63,504 nucleotides of DNA, filler included, from Eremomyces bilateralis CBS 781.70 (GCA_010015585.1; 5 parts of 4 records of this genome joined end to end with filler, not necessarily neighbours in it), one strand, 5' to 3'; positions 10,137-22,268 are shown, counted from the whole stretch's first letter. The notes: a model not told the origin generated them from the letters alone. Numbers and translations are program-made.

Positions 10137-11834
10137 ATGCAAACCATGTTTCTGAGCAGATTTATTCCTCCCACTAGATTAACCCGAATCAGGATCCGGA
10201 ACTTTAATTATCTGCCATCTTTTATCATGCCTCCCGCTCAGGAAAACCGCGGCACCAAAAGGAAACCCAAGTATGCTGGTGGGAAGAAGCAGGCCAAGAA
10301 GCAGAAAAAAGGAGGCGATTGGATCGAGGCGTCTTCCGAGGACATTTTGCTTGAAGATGTTCGAGCATTACTCGAGAAACAATCGCTTGGTGTGAAAGAG
10401 CCTGGAGAACTGGTCGAGACTCAAACCGAGTTGGAGCTGGACGTCGGACTACTTTCTTCGACCGGCGATGGGCTTGCATTCAACCCCAAGGACAATCGAG
10501 TCTATGTCGTACCCTTCACCGTTCCGGGAGATCGAGTGCTCGCCAAGGTCTTTCGGCATATGGATGAGCACCCGTATTCCATGACCGACTTCGTCAAAGT
10601 GCTCGAACCCTCCTCTCTACGCGACGATTCCCGCATCGGATGCCAGTACTTTTCAAAATGCTCGGGATGCCAGTTCCAGATGATGGCGTACGACGACCAA
10701 CTCGCGCACAAGAAGACCATCGTCGAGAAAGCGTTCCGCAACTTTTCGACCATCGACCCAACGCTGCTGCCGCCGGTGGGGGACACGATCGGGTCCCCGC
10801 TGCAGTATGGCTACCGCACCAAGCTGACGCCGCATTTCGATGGGCCGCCCGGTTTTCGTAGTAACCGGAAGAAGGGCATCAAGGCGGCGTTTACGGAAGT
10901 ACCGCCGATCGGCTACATGCTTAAGAACACGCGGAAGACGCTTGACATTGAAGACTGTCCGATCGGCACCGAGGCCGTTCTCAAGGGGCTCAAGCGTGAG
11001 CGGCAACTCGTCGTGGACCATCTCGACAAATACAGCCGCGGCGCCACCATTCTCCTTCGAGAAAGCACTAAACGAATCCCCAAACCCGAAGACACCCCAG
11101 CGACCGACGAGTCTGCCACGTCCCCACCTGACGTTGTCCGCGAAGAGTTTCCCACCCACTATCACGACAAGACCTACATCGCCGACCAACGCGCCACCAG
11201 CACGGAGTATGTCGACGACTTCATCTTCGAGAACCCTGCTGGCTCGTTCTTTCAAAACAACAACTCCATCCTCTCCCCCTTCACCCACTACATCCGTTCG
11301 CACATCCTCCCCTCCAACCCTGCTCCAGATGTCCCCCCTTTGAAATACCTCATCGACGCCTACTGCGGCTCCGGCCTCTTCACCATCACCCTCTCCTCCC
11401 TCTTCGAAAAATCCCTCGGCATCGACATCTCCGACCCGTCCATCGACTTCGCGCGCCGCAACGCCCGCCTGAACCACCTGTCCGAGTCGCGCGCCCAGTT
11501 CCACGTCGGCAACTCCGAGCGGATCTTCGAGGTCGTCGAGTTCCCGCCGGAGGAGACCGCTGTCGTCATCGACCCGTCCCGGAAAGGGTGCGATCTGGCG
11601 TTTTTGCGCCAGTTGTTGTTGTTCGGGCCGGCGCGAGTGGTGTATGTGAGCTGTAATGTGCATACGCAGGCGCGGGACGTCGGGGCGTTGGTGAATGGGG
11701 TGAAGGGGGTGGATGGGGGATTTGGGGAGGGAGAGGGGGCGTATGAGGTGGAGAGTGTGAGGGGATTTGATTTCTTTCCGCAGACAAGTCATGTGGAGGG
11801 GGTTGCGGTGTTGAGGAAGAAGCAGATTGTATGA
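10137..11834 (+). CDS. TRM2: tRNA (uracil-54 C5)-methyltransferase
   Basis: TRAM region, CQYFSKCSGCQFQ, YGYRTKLTPHF, FFQNN, DAYCGSGLF, IDPSRKG, YVSCN, FDFFPQTSHVE. Alternative start at 10227. Confidence 0.93.
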   Translation: MQTMFLSRFIPPTRLTRIRIRNFNYLPSFIMPPAQENRGTKRKPKYAGGKKQAKKQKKGGDWIEASSEDILLEDVRALLEKQSLGVKEPGELVETQTELELDVGLLSSTGDGLAFNPKDNRVYVVPFTVPGDRVLAKVFRHMDEHPYSMTDFVKVLEPSSLRDDSRIGCQYFSKCSGCQFQMMAYDDQLAHKKTIVEKAFRNFSTIDPTLLPPVGDTIGSPLQYGYRTKLTPHFDGPPGFRSNRKKGIKAAFTEVPPIGYMLKNTRKTLDIEDCPIGTEAVLKGLKRERQLVVDHLDKYSRGATILLRESTKRIPKPEDTPATDESATSPPDVVREEFPTHYHDKTYIADQRATSTEYVDDFIFENPAGSFFQNNNSILSPFTHYIRSHILPSNPAPDVPPLKYLIDAYCGSGLFTITLSSLFEKSLGIDISDPSIDFARRNARLNHLSESRAQFHVGNSERIFEVVEFPPEETAVVIDPSRKGCDLAFLRQLLLFGPARVVYVSCNVHTQARDVGALVNGVKGVDGGFGEGEGAYEVESVRGFDFFPQTSHVEGVAVLRKKQIV

Positions 11835-12496
11835 AGTTTAAACGTTGGATAATGATATAGGAGTAGATTACTATCGGAGCGCTGTTAGAATAATCTTTAC
11901 GGGCTACAATTATTGCACTCAAATCACCATAAACTGCACATCAGGTTACATATATATGGTTACAATTGCTGTCCGCCGCTCGTCTAATGAGGGCCGTCCC
12001 GCTATCTTTCACCGTCTATTTAGTAGAGTGGAGATTTCATGATATCCGTTCCCAATCCCTTCGCACAAAAAGAGAAAAGGAAATTCCAGGGTATATTACA
12101 CTCCCAGCCGCACCGATCTCGTCGGCTGGTGCTTCGAACTCCCGGTCCGAGAAACGCCAGATCTCCGCTTCCTCGAAGCGGGGAACGCCTCCACGGCCGT
12201 TATTTTGAGGACAAAAAGGAAAAGCGCCTTGAAGGCGGTGGGAAAACAAATGATGGAACGCCGAAGACCTAATGCTGCGAAAAGCGGGTATGCAGCAGCG
12301 CCGAAGCGGGGCGATGGATCCGTCGCGCAAGGACCCAAAAAGCGTGTGATAAGATCACTGCACTTTGGGTGGTTGCACATACTGTACAAAGTACCGCACC
12401 GTAACCCAACGCCGCCGGACAAACATGACGCCAAGAGCAAAAACATAGGAGAACTAGGCCGGTGTATGTGATCTCAACGGGATGGACGGAATGCAC

Positions 12497-15400
12497 TTAC
12501 GCACCCACCAAATCCGCAATCTTCCCGGCCACCGCCGCAGGATAACCCCTCCCAACCGCTTCCTCCACCACTCCCCTAGCCTCCTCCCTCCGCTCCGCCG
12601 CCATAAACGCTCTCGTCATGGCCTCATACGTACTCGGCTCCCTCCGGCCCCGCGGCACGTTCTCATACACCTTCTTCGCGCGGTCCACCTCGCCCGCCAC
12701 CGCCCAGCCATGGATCAAGCTGTTGGCGATATACGGCGTCAACTCGACGCGACGTAGCGCCATGTCGTCCAGCAGCGCGTCGACGGTTTCCGGCGCGATG
12801 GCGTGGTTGGCGACCATGGATTCGAAGAGCGCCTGGTAGAGGCACGGGGACGGGGCGGCCAGGCGGTCGGCGAGGACGCGGTCAAAGAGGGCACGGGCGG
12901 CAGGTAGGTCGTGCAGGACGCAGCCGTTGGCGTGGATGAGGGAGGCGTAGTGGACGGGTTCCGCGGCGAGAGGGGAGGCGTGGAGTTCGTCGAGGACGCG
13001 CTCGGCGGCGGGGAGGTCTACGGGGTCGAGGGTGGCGTGGGTGTCGATGAGGAGTTTGAAGGTGTGGGAAGTGGGTTCAATGCGGTGGGCGCGCATGCGC
13101 TCGTAGTAGGCGAGGACTTTGGAGCGGTCGCGCTTGGTGGTGAGGAAGAATTGCATGAGGGAGTGGTAGGGCGCGGGGCGCGGTTTGTAGTTCGGCATGG
13201 ATTCCATCTCTTCGAAGAGTTCCTCGGCGAACTTCTCGTCGGACACGCGGCAGAGGGCGTTGACGATGGTGCCGTAGGTGACGCTGGTGGGGCGGATCCC
13301 AAGGCTGCGCATCTCCGTGAAGTAGAACAGACAGTCGTCGATGCGGCGCGCTTTTCCGAGCTTACCGATGAGCGCGTTGTACAGGAATGAGCTAGGCTCA
13401 ACACCTTCAGTCTTGGATTGCAAGAAGATGCGAACGGCCTCCGATGCTTCGTCGAACGTTTTAGCGCCTTCCTTGAGCGTCGTGATGTACAGTCCGAAGG
13501 TGTTGGCTGAGGGCGTGGCGCCCATCTCCAACAATTGACGGTGATAGTCGCCCGCAAGGTGGCGTCTTCCAGTAGTCAGACACGCCGCGACCATAGAATC
13601 CAGAATCGTAGCCCATCCATGCTTCACGATGCGATACTGCGGCATCGGCGGGAGGTCCTGATACGCGGTCGCCAGGATCTCCTGCGCGTCCGTGAACCGA
13701 TGTTCCTTCGCTGCGGCGGCGATCAGCTTGGCGTAAGTGAAGTAGCGCGGATGGCGACCGGCGCGGCGCATATTGCGGAACTTCTGGAGCGCCTCGTTGA
13801 AGTGGCTGGACGATTTGCCGTACGTCTTCTCGAGAAGTTCGGTGATGGCCACGGAGCCTTTGTTGTCGGTCGTCTTGCCGTAGGGGTCGAAGCTGTCTTC
13901 GAACGGCGCTTGGTAGGCCTGGGCAAACGCGTGTTGCGGCGTGGGGGCGACCACGGGAGCCACGGGGAAGCGGAAACTCTGTAGTGCCTGAGAGATTTCC
14001 ACGCTCTTGGTCTTCGTCAGGGCCTCCTCGATCAGCTTGAGGGTGCGTTCATCAAAGACGACACCTCGAACGGCAGCTTGATCGATGGCGTGGGCTAATC
14101 GCGACGAGCTGGCGAGATCCGCAGCCTGAGGGTTACTTGCCACGATGCTGCTCTGGATCTGAACGAGCAACAAAAGATCCTTCGGGCTCAACGTCGCCAC
14201 ATCTTCCGGACCCATTCTTGCCAGCGTATGCTCCGCAACACTGCGAATCAATCCCCCATTCTCAACCATCAGCCACAGGAAATCCATCTTCGCTTCGGCC
14301 GGAAGGACGCTCGCCTTCATAGTGAGGTCATGTAGCACATGGATCGACTCATCCATCCGCTCCGTCACCTCGCTCGAACCGTGCGCGTCGTTTCGAATGA
14401 GCTTGAACATCTCCCTCGTGGCCGACAACGCGCCCTGCATGTTTCCATGCTGCATGAGGAACAGCGCGTGCAGCGTCACTGCCTCGACGGACGGCTGCAT
14501 CTGCTCGAAGTTGATGACGTCCCACATGTACTGGTGCGCGTCCAAGCTGCCCTCGCGCGCATGCATGGCCGCAAGCGCCATGATCGCCGACTTGGGCACT
14601 TGTCCGGGTTCCACGATCGACTTGAACGCCTTAACTGCGATGTCGAGGTCGTCGCGATCCGCCGCATGCTCTGCAACGAGCGCCATGGCCAAATCGCGGG
14701 CGGTCGGGCTCAATTGCTCTGCGAGTTCCAACGCGTCTGTTGAGCGGTTCGCTTGCAGTAATTGGGGGATTTTCGCCTGGAGGCTGACAGCGTCACGCAG
14801 ACCGGCGACTTGCTCCGCCGGAAGCGACTCCTGGATCCGGTCAATGAATCGGTCGGCGCCAGGGATGCGTCCGCAGGCGAGGTAGCTCTGGACGACGGCG
14901 GCGTAGATATCGCTGTCCTTTCGGGACATATCTAAAGTGCCGTTGTTGTTTTCGATGGCCAGGGCGCGGTACTCGTTATAGGTCTCGACGGCGCTCTTGA
15001 GGTCACCGGAGCGGCCGAACGCGAGGATCATCTTGACGTGGGTGTCCGCGAGGGGGGTCACTTGGAACTTTTCCATGTGCTCGTAGACGCGAACCATGTC
15101 ATCCACCTTGCCCTCGTTCGCGCAAGCGGAGATGAGGAGGCGATATGACTCGCCGTCCAGCGGCCCGGCGTACGACTTGACAGCCGACTGGAAGATCCGC
15201 ACGGCTAACGGCAACGAGTCATCCTCGTTCAAGATCTCCAGCTCCGTCTCGTCGGAGCGGAACATGGACCATCCCTCGCCTCCGTATCGCGTCTGCTTCG
15301 TCAACAACAATTTCCGCATGGCCTGCACGTCGAGCGTCCGGGAAGACAGAAGGTTGATCAGCTGTGTGTAGATCGGCAGGGTCGGTGCAACGCCACGCTT

Positions 15401-16312
15401 GAGCATGTCCGAGTAAACAGCCAGCGCCTTGGGCACGCGCTGATGTTTGCCAACCGGGATGTTTATGGCAGCCTGCAGCAGGGCATTATAAGCGGTTGCG
15501 GTTGGCTTCACGCCGGTCCGCAACATGCTCTCGAAGACGGCGGCGATGTCCATCCATTTCCCCGAGGAGGCGAGCCTCATGAGATGATGTTCGAATTGCT
15601 CCGAATGGCTGACAGGCGTGGTCGGCGTCAATGGAGCCTCTTCCGAGCCCACAGTGAAGACGGCATCGGAGAGCGACGTCTCGCTGGATGAGTGACGCTC
15701 GACACCGGACTTGCTGGTCTGCTCGGTGTCGAGCAGGGTTGTCTGAGCATGTTGTTTCCGCGCCTGTGAGAGCTCTTCATGCTCCTTGGCGATGGCGGCG
15801 ACATCGCTATCCATGACATCGCCAACCTTCTTCCAACTCTCGAGGTCCCCCGAGGAGTATGACCGAGTGAGACCTCGAGTCGCAGCATCTTCGGAACCAT
15901 CTTGTGACGCTTCGAAAGCCTGATCGGCCTCCGCTTCCGCAACCGCCGCCTCCTCCGCGGACTCCTCAGGAGCCTTCCATTCGATTCGTTTAGCAAACTG
16001 GTACTGTCGCCACTCACGATCGCTGAGTCGTTGTTTATGCCAGGCGACGAGGTACGCCGCTAACGAGTCGAGCTGGTCATTTTGCGCGGATTTCCCAGAA
16101 GCACCCTGTGTCTGGGAGGCGAACGCGGCGTGGTGTTGGAGGGAGGAGCCCTTGTTGTAACGGTTGGCGAAGCCGTTGGTGAAGGAGCTGAAGGGGTTGT
16201 TGTTCTGGGAGGCGTAGGAGGATTGGTATCCGGCGACGAGGGATTGCGCGGATCCGTGGGTGAAGGCTTTCGATAAGCTAAGGCGTGCAAGGTTGAGAGC
16301 CTTCAGAACCAT
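12497..16312 (-). CDS. Large pentatricopeptide-repeat protein, probably mitochondrial (S. pombe Ppr5-like)
   Basis: 1271-aa intronless ORF with 35-aa PPR units, e.g. FLYNALIGKLGKARRIDDCLFYFTEMRSLGIRPTS VTYGTIVNALCRV. Ppr5 assignment is inferred from size and architecture. Confidence 0.9.
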   Translation of the reverse strand: MVLKALNLARLSLSKAFTHGSAQSLVAGYQSSYASQNNNPFSSFTNGFANRYNKGSSLQHHAAFASQTQGASGKSAQNDQLDSLAAYLVAWHKQRLSDREWRQYQFAKRIEWKAPEESAEEAAVAEAEADQAFEASQDGSEDAATRGLTRSYSSGDLESWKKVGDVMDSDVAAIAKEHEELSQARKQHAQTTLLDTEQTSKSGVERHSSSETSLSDAVFTVGSEEAPLTPTTPVSHSEQFEHHLMRLASSGKWMDIAAVFESMLRTGVKPTATAYNALLQAAINIPVGKHQRVPKALAVYSDMLKRGVAPTLPIYTQLINLLSSRTLDVQAMRKLLLTKQTRYGGEGWSMFRSDETELEILNEDDSLPLAVRIFQSAVKSYAGPLDGESYRLLISACANEGKVDDMVRVYEHMEKFQVTPLADTHVKMILAFGRSGDLKSAVETYNEYRALAIENNNGTLDMSRKDSDIYAAVVQSYLACGRIPGADRFIDRIQESLPAEQVAGLRDAVSLQAKIPQLLQANRSTDALELAEQLSPTARDLAMALVAEHAADRDDLDIAVKAFKSIVEPGQVPKSAIMALAAMHAREGSLDAHQYMWDVINFEQMQPSVEAVTLHALFLMQHGNMQGALSATREMFKLIRNDAHGSSEVTERMDESIHVLHDLTMKASVLPAEAKMDFLWLMVENGGLIRSVAEHTLARMGPEDVATLSPKDLLLLVQIQSSIVASNPQAADLASSSRLAHAIDQAAVRGVVFDERTLKLIEEALTKTKSVEISQALQSFRFPVAPVVAPTPQHAFAQAYQAPFEDSFDPYGKTTDNKGSVAITELLEKTYGKSSSHFNEALQKFRNMRRAGRHPRYFTYAKLIAAAAKEHRFTDAQEILATAYQDLPPMPQYRIVKHGWATILDSMVAACLTTGRRHLAGDYHRQLLEMGATPSANTFGLYITTLKEGAKTFDEASEAVRIFLQSKTEGVEPSSFLYNALIGKLGKARRIDDCLFYFTEMRSLGIRPTSVTYGTIVNALCRVSDEKFAEELFEEMESMPNYKPRPAPYHSLMQFFLTTKRDRSKVLAYYERMRAHRIEPTSHTFKLLIDTHATLDPVDLPAAERVLDELHASPLAAEPVHYASLIHANGCVLHDLPAARALFDRVLADRLAAPSPCLYQALFESMVANHAIAPETVDALLDDMALRRVELTPYIANSLIHGWAVAGEVDRAKKVYENVPRGRREPSTYEAMTRAFMAAERREEARGVVEEAVGRGYPAAVAGKIADLVGA

Positions 16313-17026
16313 TTAGGAGATGGAGGAACCCTTCAGATTCGAAGGGTGAGACTGTGGCGACGTCAGCGATTGGACCGATGGCATATCGTCAAGGCCATAC
16401 TTGAATTCTCGATAATGGCTGATGCAGGTTCATTTGACGACTAATGGCCGTCAATGAACGCGCTACCCTGAGGGTATATGTTCTAGTTGCGATGGTGGTG
16501 GTTGGTCGAGACCTGGACTCGGTTCCGTGCCAAATGTAGCACGAAGAACACAAGATGGGGATCACAAATGAAAGGTCAATTAGGATGATGTAAAAAGGTT
16601 GAATTGACAAAAATGAAAGAGGCAAAAGAAGGACAGAAGGAAGAAAGTCAAGTCAGGCAAGATATGGCCCTAAAGTTAATACCGTAAGTGAGGGAGTGAG
16701 GGATGAGAAAGAGACGAGACGAAGATGACGAAGAAATCTTGATCATCGGAACCATCAAATTGAGTGCAAGTCTGTGCCACAGTCATCAATCCAATGTAAC
16801 AACTTGAGCTAGCACTCTAAATCCCCATTATTCACCAGTCAAGGCTTTGCAAGGCGACGCGGCGACTCCAGGATTCCACCCCATTCGGGGACCCGGGACC
16901 CTCGGATTCTCGGATGTAGTGCCGGCTGGTAAGGGAATACGAAAGGTCCATGGCCTGCAATAGGCTGCTCGGGCGATTTCGGTTTGGCAGAGCTCCTGTT
17001 CGATACCTTACAACTTACAAGTTACA

Positions 17027-17072
17027 GCTGAGTCGCTGAGTCGCTGAGTCGCTGAGTCGCTGAGTCGCAGTC
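17027..17072. repeat. Tandem 8-mer (GCTGAGTC)x5 plus one partial unit
   Basis: Read directly; lies in the PPR/ERG8 divergent intergenic region. Confidence 0.95.
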
Positions 17073-18067
17073 GGCCTGATGGACTGCCCGACTGCGCGAT
17101 TATTCCTGCATCCGGCTAGGCGAGGGATCCTTTGACTCACCATCCGCTATGCAGCAGGGGCGGTGCTCCAAGCCTCTAAAACAGTATTACAACTATTACG
17201 GACTCTTCGACGGATTTCTGGAAAAGCTGGGGCCGACCGATTGGATCGATGGTCCATCTGATAAACGGGAACGTCGTCATGCTTTGTAAAAAGGACAGCC
17301 TGGACAGATGCAAGCCTTGAATAGAAGGGTTTCCTGCCGAAAGGTGTCTGATATATTTACTCATGTTAATTGCTGTCGTGAAGAAGATCTATTATTCAAT
17401 CTATCAACTCTCGGGGTACCGAGAGGTTAGAAGCAGATTGGTCTCTGGATTGGTCCCTACTGTGCGGGAGCCATGATGATCTTGCTCTGCTTGATGTACC
17501 GTCCTTTCCGCCACATATATCAATCCTTAATCCTACCAGTATTCCGTACAGAGAACCTCGTCTCGCAATCTGATAACCAGTAGGGCTAGATTAGACCAAT
17601 ATACGCACCAAACCATGTGAGGCTTCCATCTGATAACGCGGCACCTCCTGTAGAGGCCACATCATGAGGTCATGAAACGAATAGGAGCATAACGGAGCCT
17701 GCAAAGCGAGTGCGCCATTTTTCAGGAATCCTGCATGTCATCTTGGCCCACCAGGCATCAGCATTAACACCCCAAGCTGATGGATCGACGATCATCTGCC
17801 ATATCGAAATTCTAATCAATCAAGGAGAGCTCGGCCAGTCTGATGCCTTGATCGTCCGCACCCTGCGACCCGAACCAGACCTCCCTCCCACTGGGCCGAA
17901 TAATCCCCACACGCCAGGTACGCATAACGCACGGCATCGGTGATTCCAATCGCCGTCACCACTACCACATCTCGATCTTAACCTTTTTTGCGTCGTCGTC
18001 GTCGTCGTCATCAACAACATCCTAGCCTCCCTAACCTACCCCTCCACCCCCATTCCCCAGTGCTACA

Positions 18068-19626
18068 ATGACCGCCCAACCCACAGCGGTCTCCGCCCCC
18101 GGCAAGGTGCTCCTCGCCGGCGGTTATCTTGTCCTGGACCGCCAATATACGGGATTGGTGTTCGGACTGAGCGCGCGGATACACGTGGTCGTCAGGCCGC
18201 GGGCGAGCACGGACGGGGTGTCGGAGGAGGTGGTCGTCAAGTCGCCGCAGTTTGAGGAGGCGGTTTGGGAGTATGGGTATCGGGTGAGGGAGGAGGGGGG
18301 AGGGGTGACGGTGACGCAGTTGAGAGCGTAAGTGATTTTGGAGATGATATGGACCTTGATGTCGTGGAGTCGCAATCGATGATTCGAAGATGCGATATAT
18401 TGTTTTCTGATATTGAGTCTATTATAATTTTCCTTGGCTCTATATGCTACAATTGCCTCCGTCCGAGTCATTATACGTCAATTCCCTAAATTCGAATACC
18501 CTTTAGGGCCAATCGCTTACTTCTTCTCTCCAGCGCATCCCCTAATCCCTTCGTCGAAACCGCCCTTAGCCACGTCCTCACCTACCTCACCACCCTCTCC
18601 CCATCCCCCCTCCCCCCCACCTCTATCGCCATCCTTGCCGACAACGACTACTACTCTCACCCCTCCACCCCCTCTACCCCCCGCTTCCTCCACTTCGCCG
18701 TCCCCCTCCCCTCCGCCCACAAAACCGGCCTCGGCTCCTCCGCCGCCCTCGTCACCGCCTTCACCGCCGCCCTCCTCACCCACCACCTTCCGTCTTCGAC
18801 GTTCGACCTCAATTCGTCCGCCTCACGCGCCCTTCTGCATAATCTCGCGCAAGCCGCCCACTGCGCGGCGCAAGGGAAGGTTGGCTCCGGCTTCGACGTC
18901 GCCGCCGCCGTCTACGGAAGCTGCGTGTACCGGCGCTTTTCCCCCGACGTACTCTCTGGTCAAGGAGAAGCCGGGTCGGCGGGGTTTGTGGCGCGGTTAC
19001 GCACGACGGTGGAGGACGCGGAGGGGAAATGGGACACGGAGGTGCGCAAGGGCGCGGTCGCGGTGCCGGCGGGGTTGCGGCTGGTGATGTGCGACGTGCA
19101 TGGCGGGACGCAGACGCCGGGGATGGTGAGGCGGGTGTTGGGGTGGCGGGCGGAGCATCGGGAGGAGGCGGACGCGCTGTGGGGGGAGTTGCAGCAGGAA
19201 AACGAGGCGCTGGCGGAGGAGCTGAGGCGGCTGGCGGAAGGGGGTGGGGAGCGGGGAGATGGAAAGTATAGGAGGTTGACGGAGTGCTTTGCGGCGATTC
19301 GGACGCTGACGAGGAAGATGTCGACGGCGGCGGACGTGCCAATTGAGCCGAAGACACAGACGATGTTGTTGGATGCGTGTACGGCGTTGGACGGGGTGGT
19401 GGGGGGTGTGGTACCGGGTGCGGGCGGGTTTGACGCGGTGGCAGTGCTGATCGAGGATCGCCCAGAGGTGTTGGATCGGCTCAAGCGGTTGGTTGATGGG
19501 TACGTGTTTGACGCTGAGACGGACAGGGAGCAGAAGCCCGGGCGGGTCAAGATTCTGGATGTCCGAGAGGAGATGGAAGGCGTTCGGACGGAGGATGTGG
19601 CCCAGTATCAGGATTGGCTTTCATAG
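18068..19626 (+). CDS. ERG8: Phosphomevalonate kinase
   Basis: [48 protein letters not shown]; one 206-nt intron 18328-18533. Confidence 0.96.
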
Positions 19627-20576
19627 CTTTTAAGAGGGGAACTATACATCTATCTAGATCAATGACGGATGCATAACCGGGTTCTGCGATGGACCTCATA
19701 TATTTCCGACTGCCCCTGACCAGGTTGGTCCTTCATCACCCAGATGGTGAACTCCAAAAGTTTCAAGCACCCTTGGTTTTTTTCAAGCGAACGTCTAGTA
19801 GAGTGATTCCAGGACTTTTGCAGAAGATCCGTTGTGAGAATCCCCCAAGACCATCGCAGAACTGGATTTATAATCTGAAGCCGCATCGTACCGTCGTACA
19901 TGACAAAGCGAGATGAGACGAGATCTCGTGATAAGACGCATGAATTTATAGAACTTTCCAAGCAATCCAGATTTAACCATGTGAAGCTCTGTTCAACCTG
20001 TACAACTTTATTCTGTTCGATCTTGTCGGGTTTTTCTGTTATATACAAAGTTTATACTCAACGGATCTATCAGGGCCCAGGGAATCCCAGGGAATCCATC
20101 GTCGTGACGACGGCGCTGGGCGTCTCCAACAACCATAACCACGGCTCCAGCACTCTCTCATCCCATCTCCACGTTTCCAGCACGTTTCACTCCATGTTCT
20201 CTATTTAATCCCACATCACTTCCCATACCATCTACCTCTCCGCGCATTTCCGCTCACTAATAGTCCATCGTTTGCATCTCCCCGTCCCACCCCAGACTAG
20301 GACGACAACCCATCCCCACCGAACGATCCGGCCCGCCTTGTCCTCCCTCAGGCGTCATCCTCCATCCACCCTTCGGTTCAGCTAGCCTATCGGGTATTTC
20401 GCCTTTCGCTGCATGAGACGCATCCATCCATACCGCTGCATCCCCGACATCTAGATAAACCCGGACCATCTCGATTGTCATCGACAATCTAATCCGTCCC
20501 AGAATCCGCACCTCAGCAAACTTCCCACTCGCCGCCCTCCGTCGTGACGTGACCTCATCTCCCACGCAGGCCAGTT

Positions 20577-21444
20577 ATGGCCAGCTCCGCTCCCTCCACC
20601 AACGCCGCAATACCACCAGCACCCTCCGAGGAGGTGGCACTGGTATCAGAACAACCCAAGACGTCGCATGCCCCGCAGACAGCAAGCGATGCGCCCAGTG
20701 CCGTGGAGATGAACGACCTCCCCTCCACCCCGGCCGTCGCGCCAGAGCAGCCTGAATCGACCGCTCCCGCTCCCCCTCCGACGCAACTTCCTAGCGCAGC
20801 CACGGACGCAGCATCAGCACCCGTAACGTCCGCAGACAAACCCGACGAGAAGCCCATCCCACCCACCGACGCCTCCACCCCCCTCCCTACCGACGCCCCC
20901 GCTCCCGAAACCCCCTCCCCGGTCTCCCCTCTCCCGAAAACCCCCGTCCTAATCACCCTCCTCCTCACCTCCGGCGCGCGGCACGCGATGCGTATCGACG
21001 AGAAGTACCTCGGGAAGCGCAGCATGAAGGCAGAGGACGGAGACCCGTTCAACATCAGCGTGTATAATCTGAAGGAGCTGGTATGGAATGAGTGGAAGGA
21101 GGAGTGGGAGGAGCGGCCGGTGGCGCCGAGTTCGATTCGGTTGATTCATTTTGGGCGGATGTTAGAGGATAATACGGCGTTAAGGGGTACGTGGTTTCCT
21201 GTCCAATCCTATCCTATCTGTTGCTGCGGTGTGGGTTCGTGGGGAGGGTGAGATTGAAAGAGTTGTTGCTAATTTGACTGTGGCTGTAGATTGCCGGTTT
21301 AACGCCGACAACCCGAACGTCGTGCACATGACAGTCCGCCCGCAGGAGCTCGTTGAAGAGGAGGATACCAAAGCGACGAAGGCGGCCGCGAGGGATCGCG
21401 ATGCCGAAGGGAGGGAGTCTACCCGGTGCTGCGTAATCTTATGA
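20577..21444 (+). CDS. Membrane-anchored ubiquitin-fold protein (UBL3/MUB-like)
   Basis: Pro/Ala-rich N-terminus, ubiquitin-like core ISVYNLKELVW...IRLIHFGRMLED...VVHMTVRP, C-terminal CCVIL CaaX; intron 21187-21289. Confidence 0.85.
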
Positions 21445-22268
21445 TCGGGAGGATGTCTCGCATGCAGGCTATATACGAGACGGTCGGCATCGAACCGCTA
21501 GCTGTCTGGATATGGGATTTGTCGGCGGAAAGAAATCTGGGAGACACGTGGATTGCAGAGCATGGCGATCTACATGAACAGAACGGGCCCATTCCCGCGT
21601 GGTGAAGCACACTCTTTCAGCCACATTCTATGGTCTGCTTGTGCCTGCCTATCTCACGATGAAAAGCATCCGGCTTACACCTTACTCTCATTAATTTCAC
21701 TTGTTAATCTCTCGGCCCCACAGCGGCTTCCTACCAACCGCAACCCTCCTTCGCGAAACCCTCCTTCAACTCATCCTCTTCCTCCATCGATTTCCCCGTT
21801 TCTACCGCATTTCAGGTCGGCAACGCAGCACATATGAGGCCATTGGGGGAGTTGGGCGCTTTCGTTTTCCGGTGGACGTTGATCGGTTGGGGTTCTTCCC
21901 CCTGTCGATGATTTTGCGGTATGGGGTTTGGTTGCAGTGGCCAGGCGATATCTCCTTCATGTTGATGCATTGGCACAGCTTGTGTATACAGTATGGTCAT
22001 GTGAAGGGATGCAAGGTGTTCGTTCATGTGCAAATAGAGTGGCGAGCCAGAATACATCAGATTTCTCTTCGCCGTTTCGACTGGGCGGTGTGGAATAATC
22101 GAGTTCGACTCAAACCGTAGATGATAAGCTGATAGGTTGGAGGGTATGTATTGATTCGCCAGCCAGATATGAAGAATCGAGGTTGGACTGGGTATTGACG
22201 CATAGAAACTGTTATAGCAAACTTGTAGTCGAACGTCCATTAATTCTCGCAGCCTTCTTTCCTTCCAT

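Noticed and set aside
10653..11792. Long antisense ORFs (379 aa here; also 31313-32227, 33253-33915, 53390-54010)
   Set aside because: Shadows of GC-rich coding sequence on the opposite strand with no recognisable motifs.
18328..18533. Micro-exon, stwintron or snoRNA in the 206-nt ERG8 intron
   Set aside because: A single GT-AG splice restores the frame ([12 protein letters not shown]) and no canonical RTGATGA C box is present.
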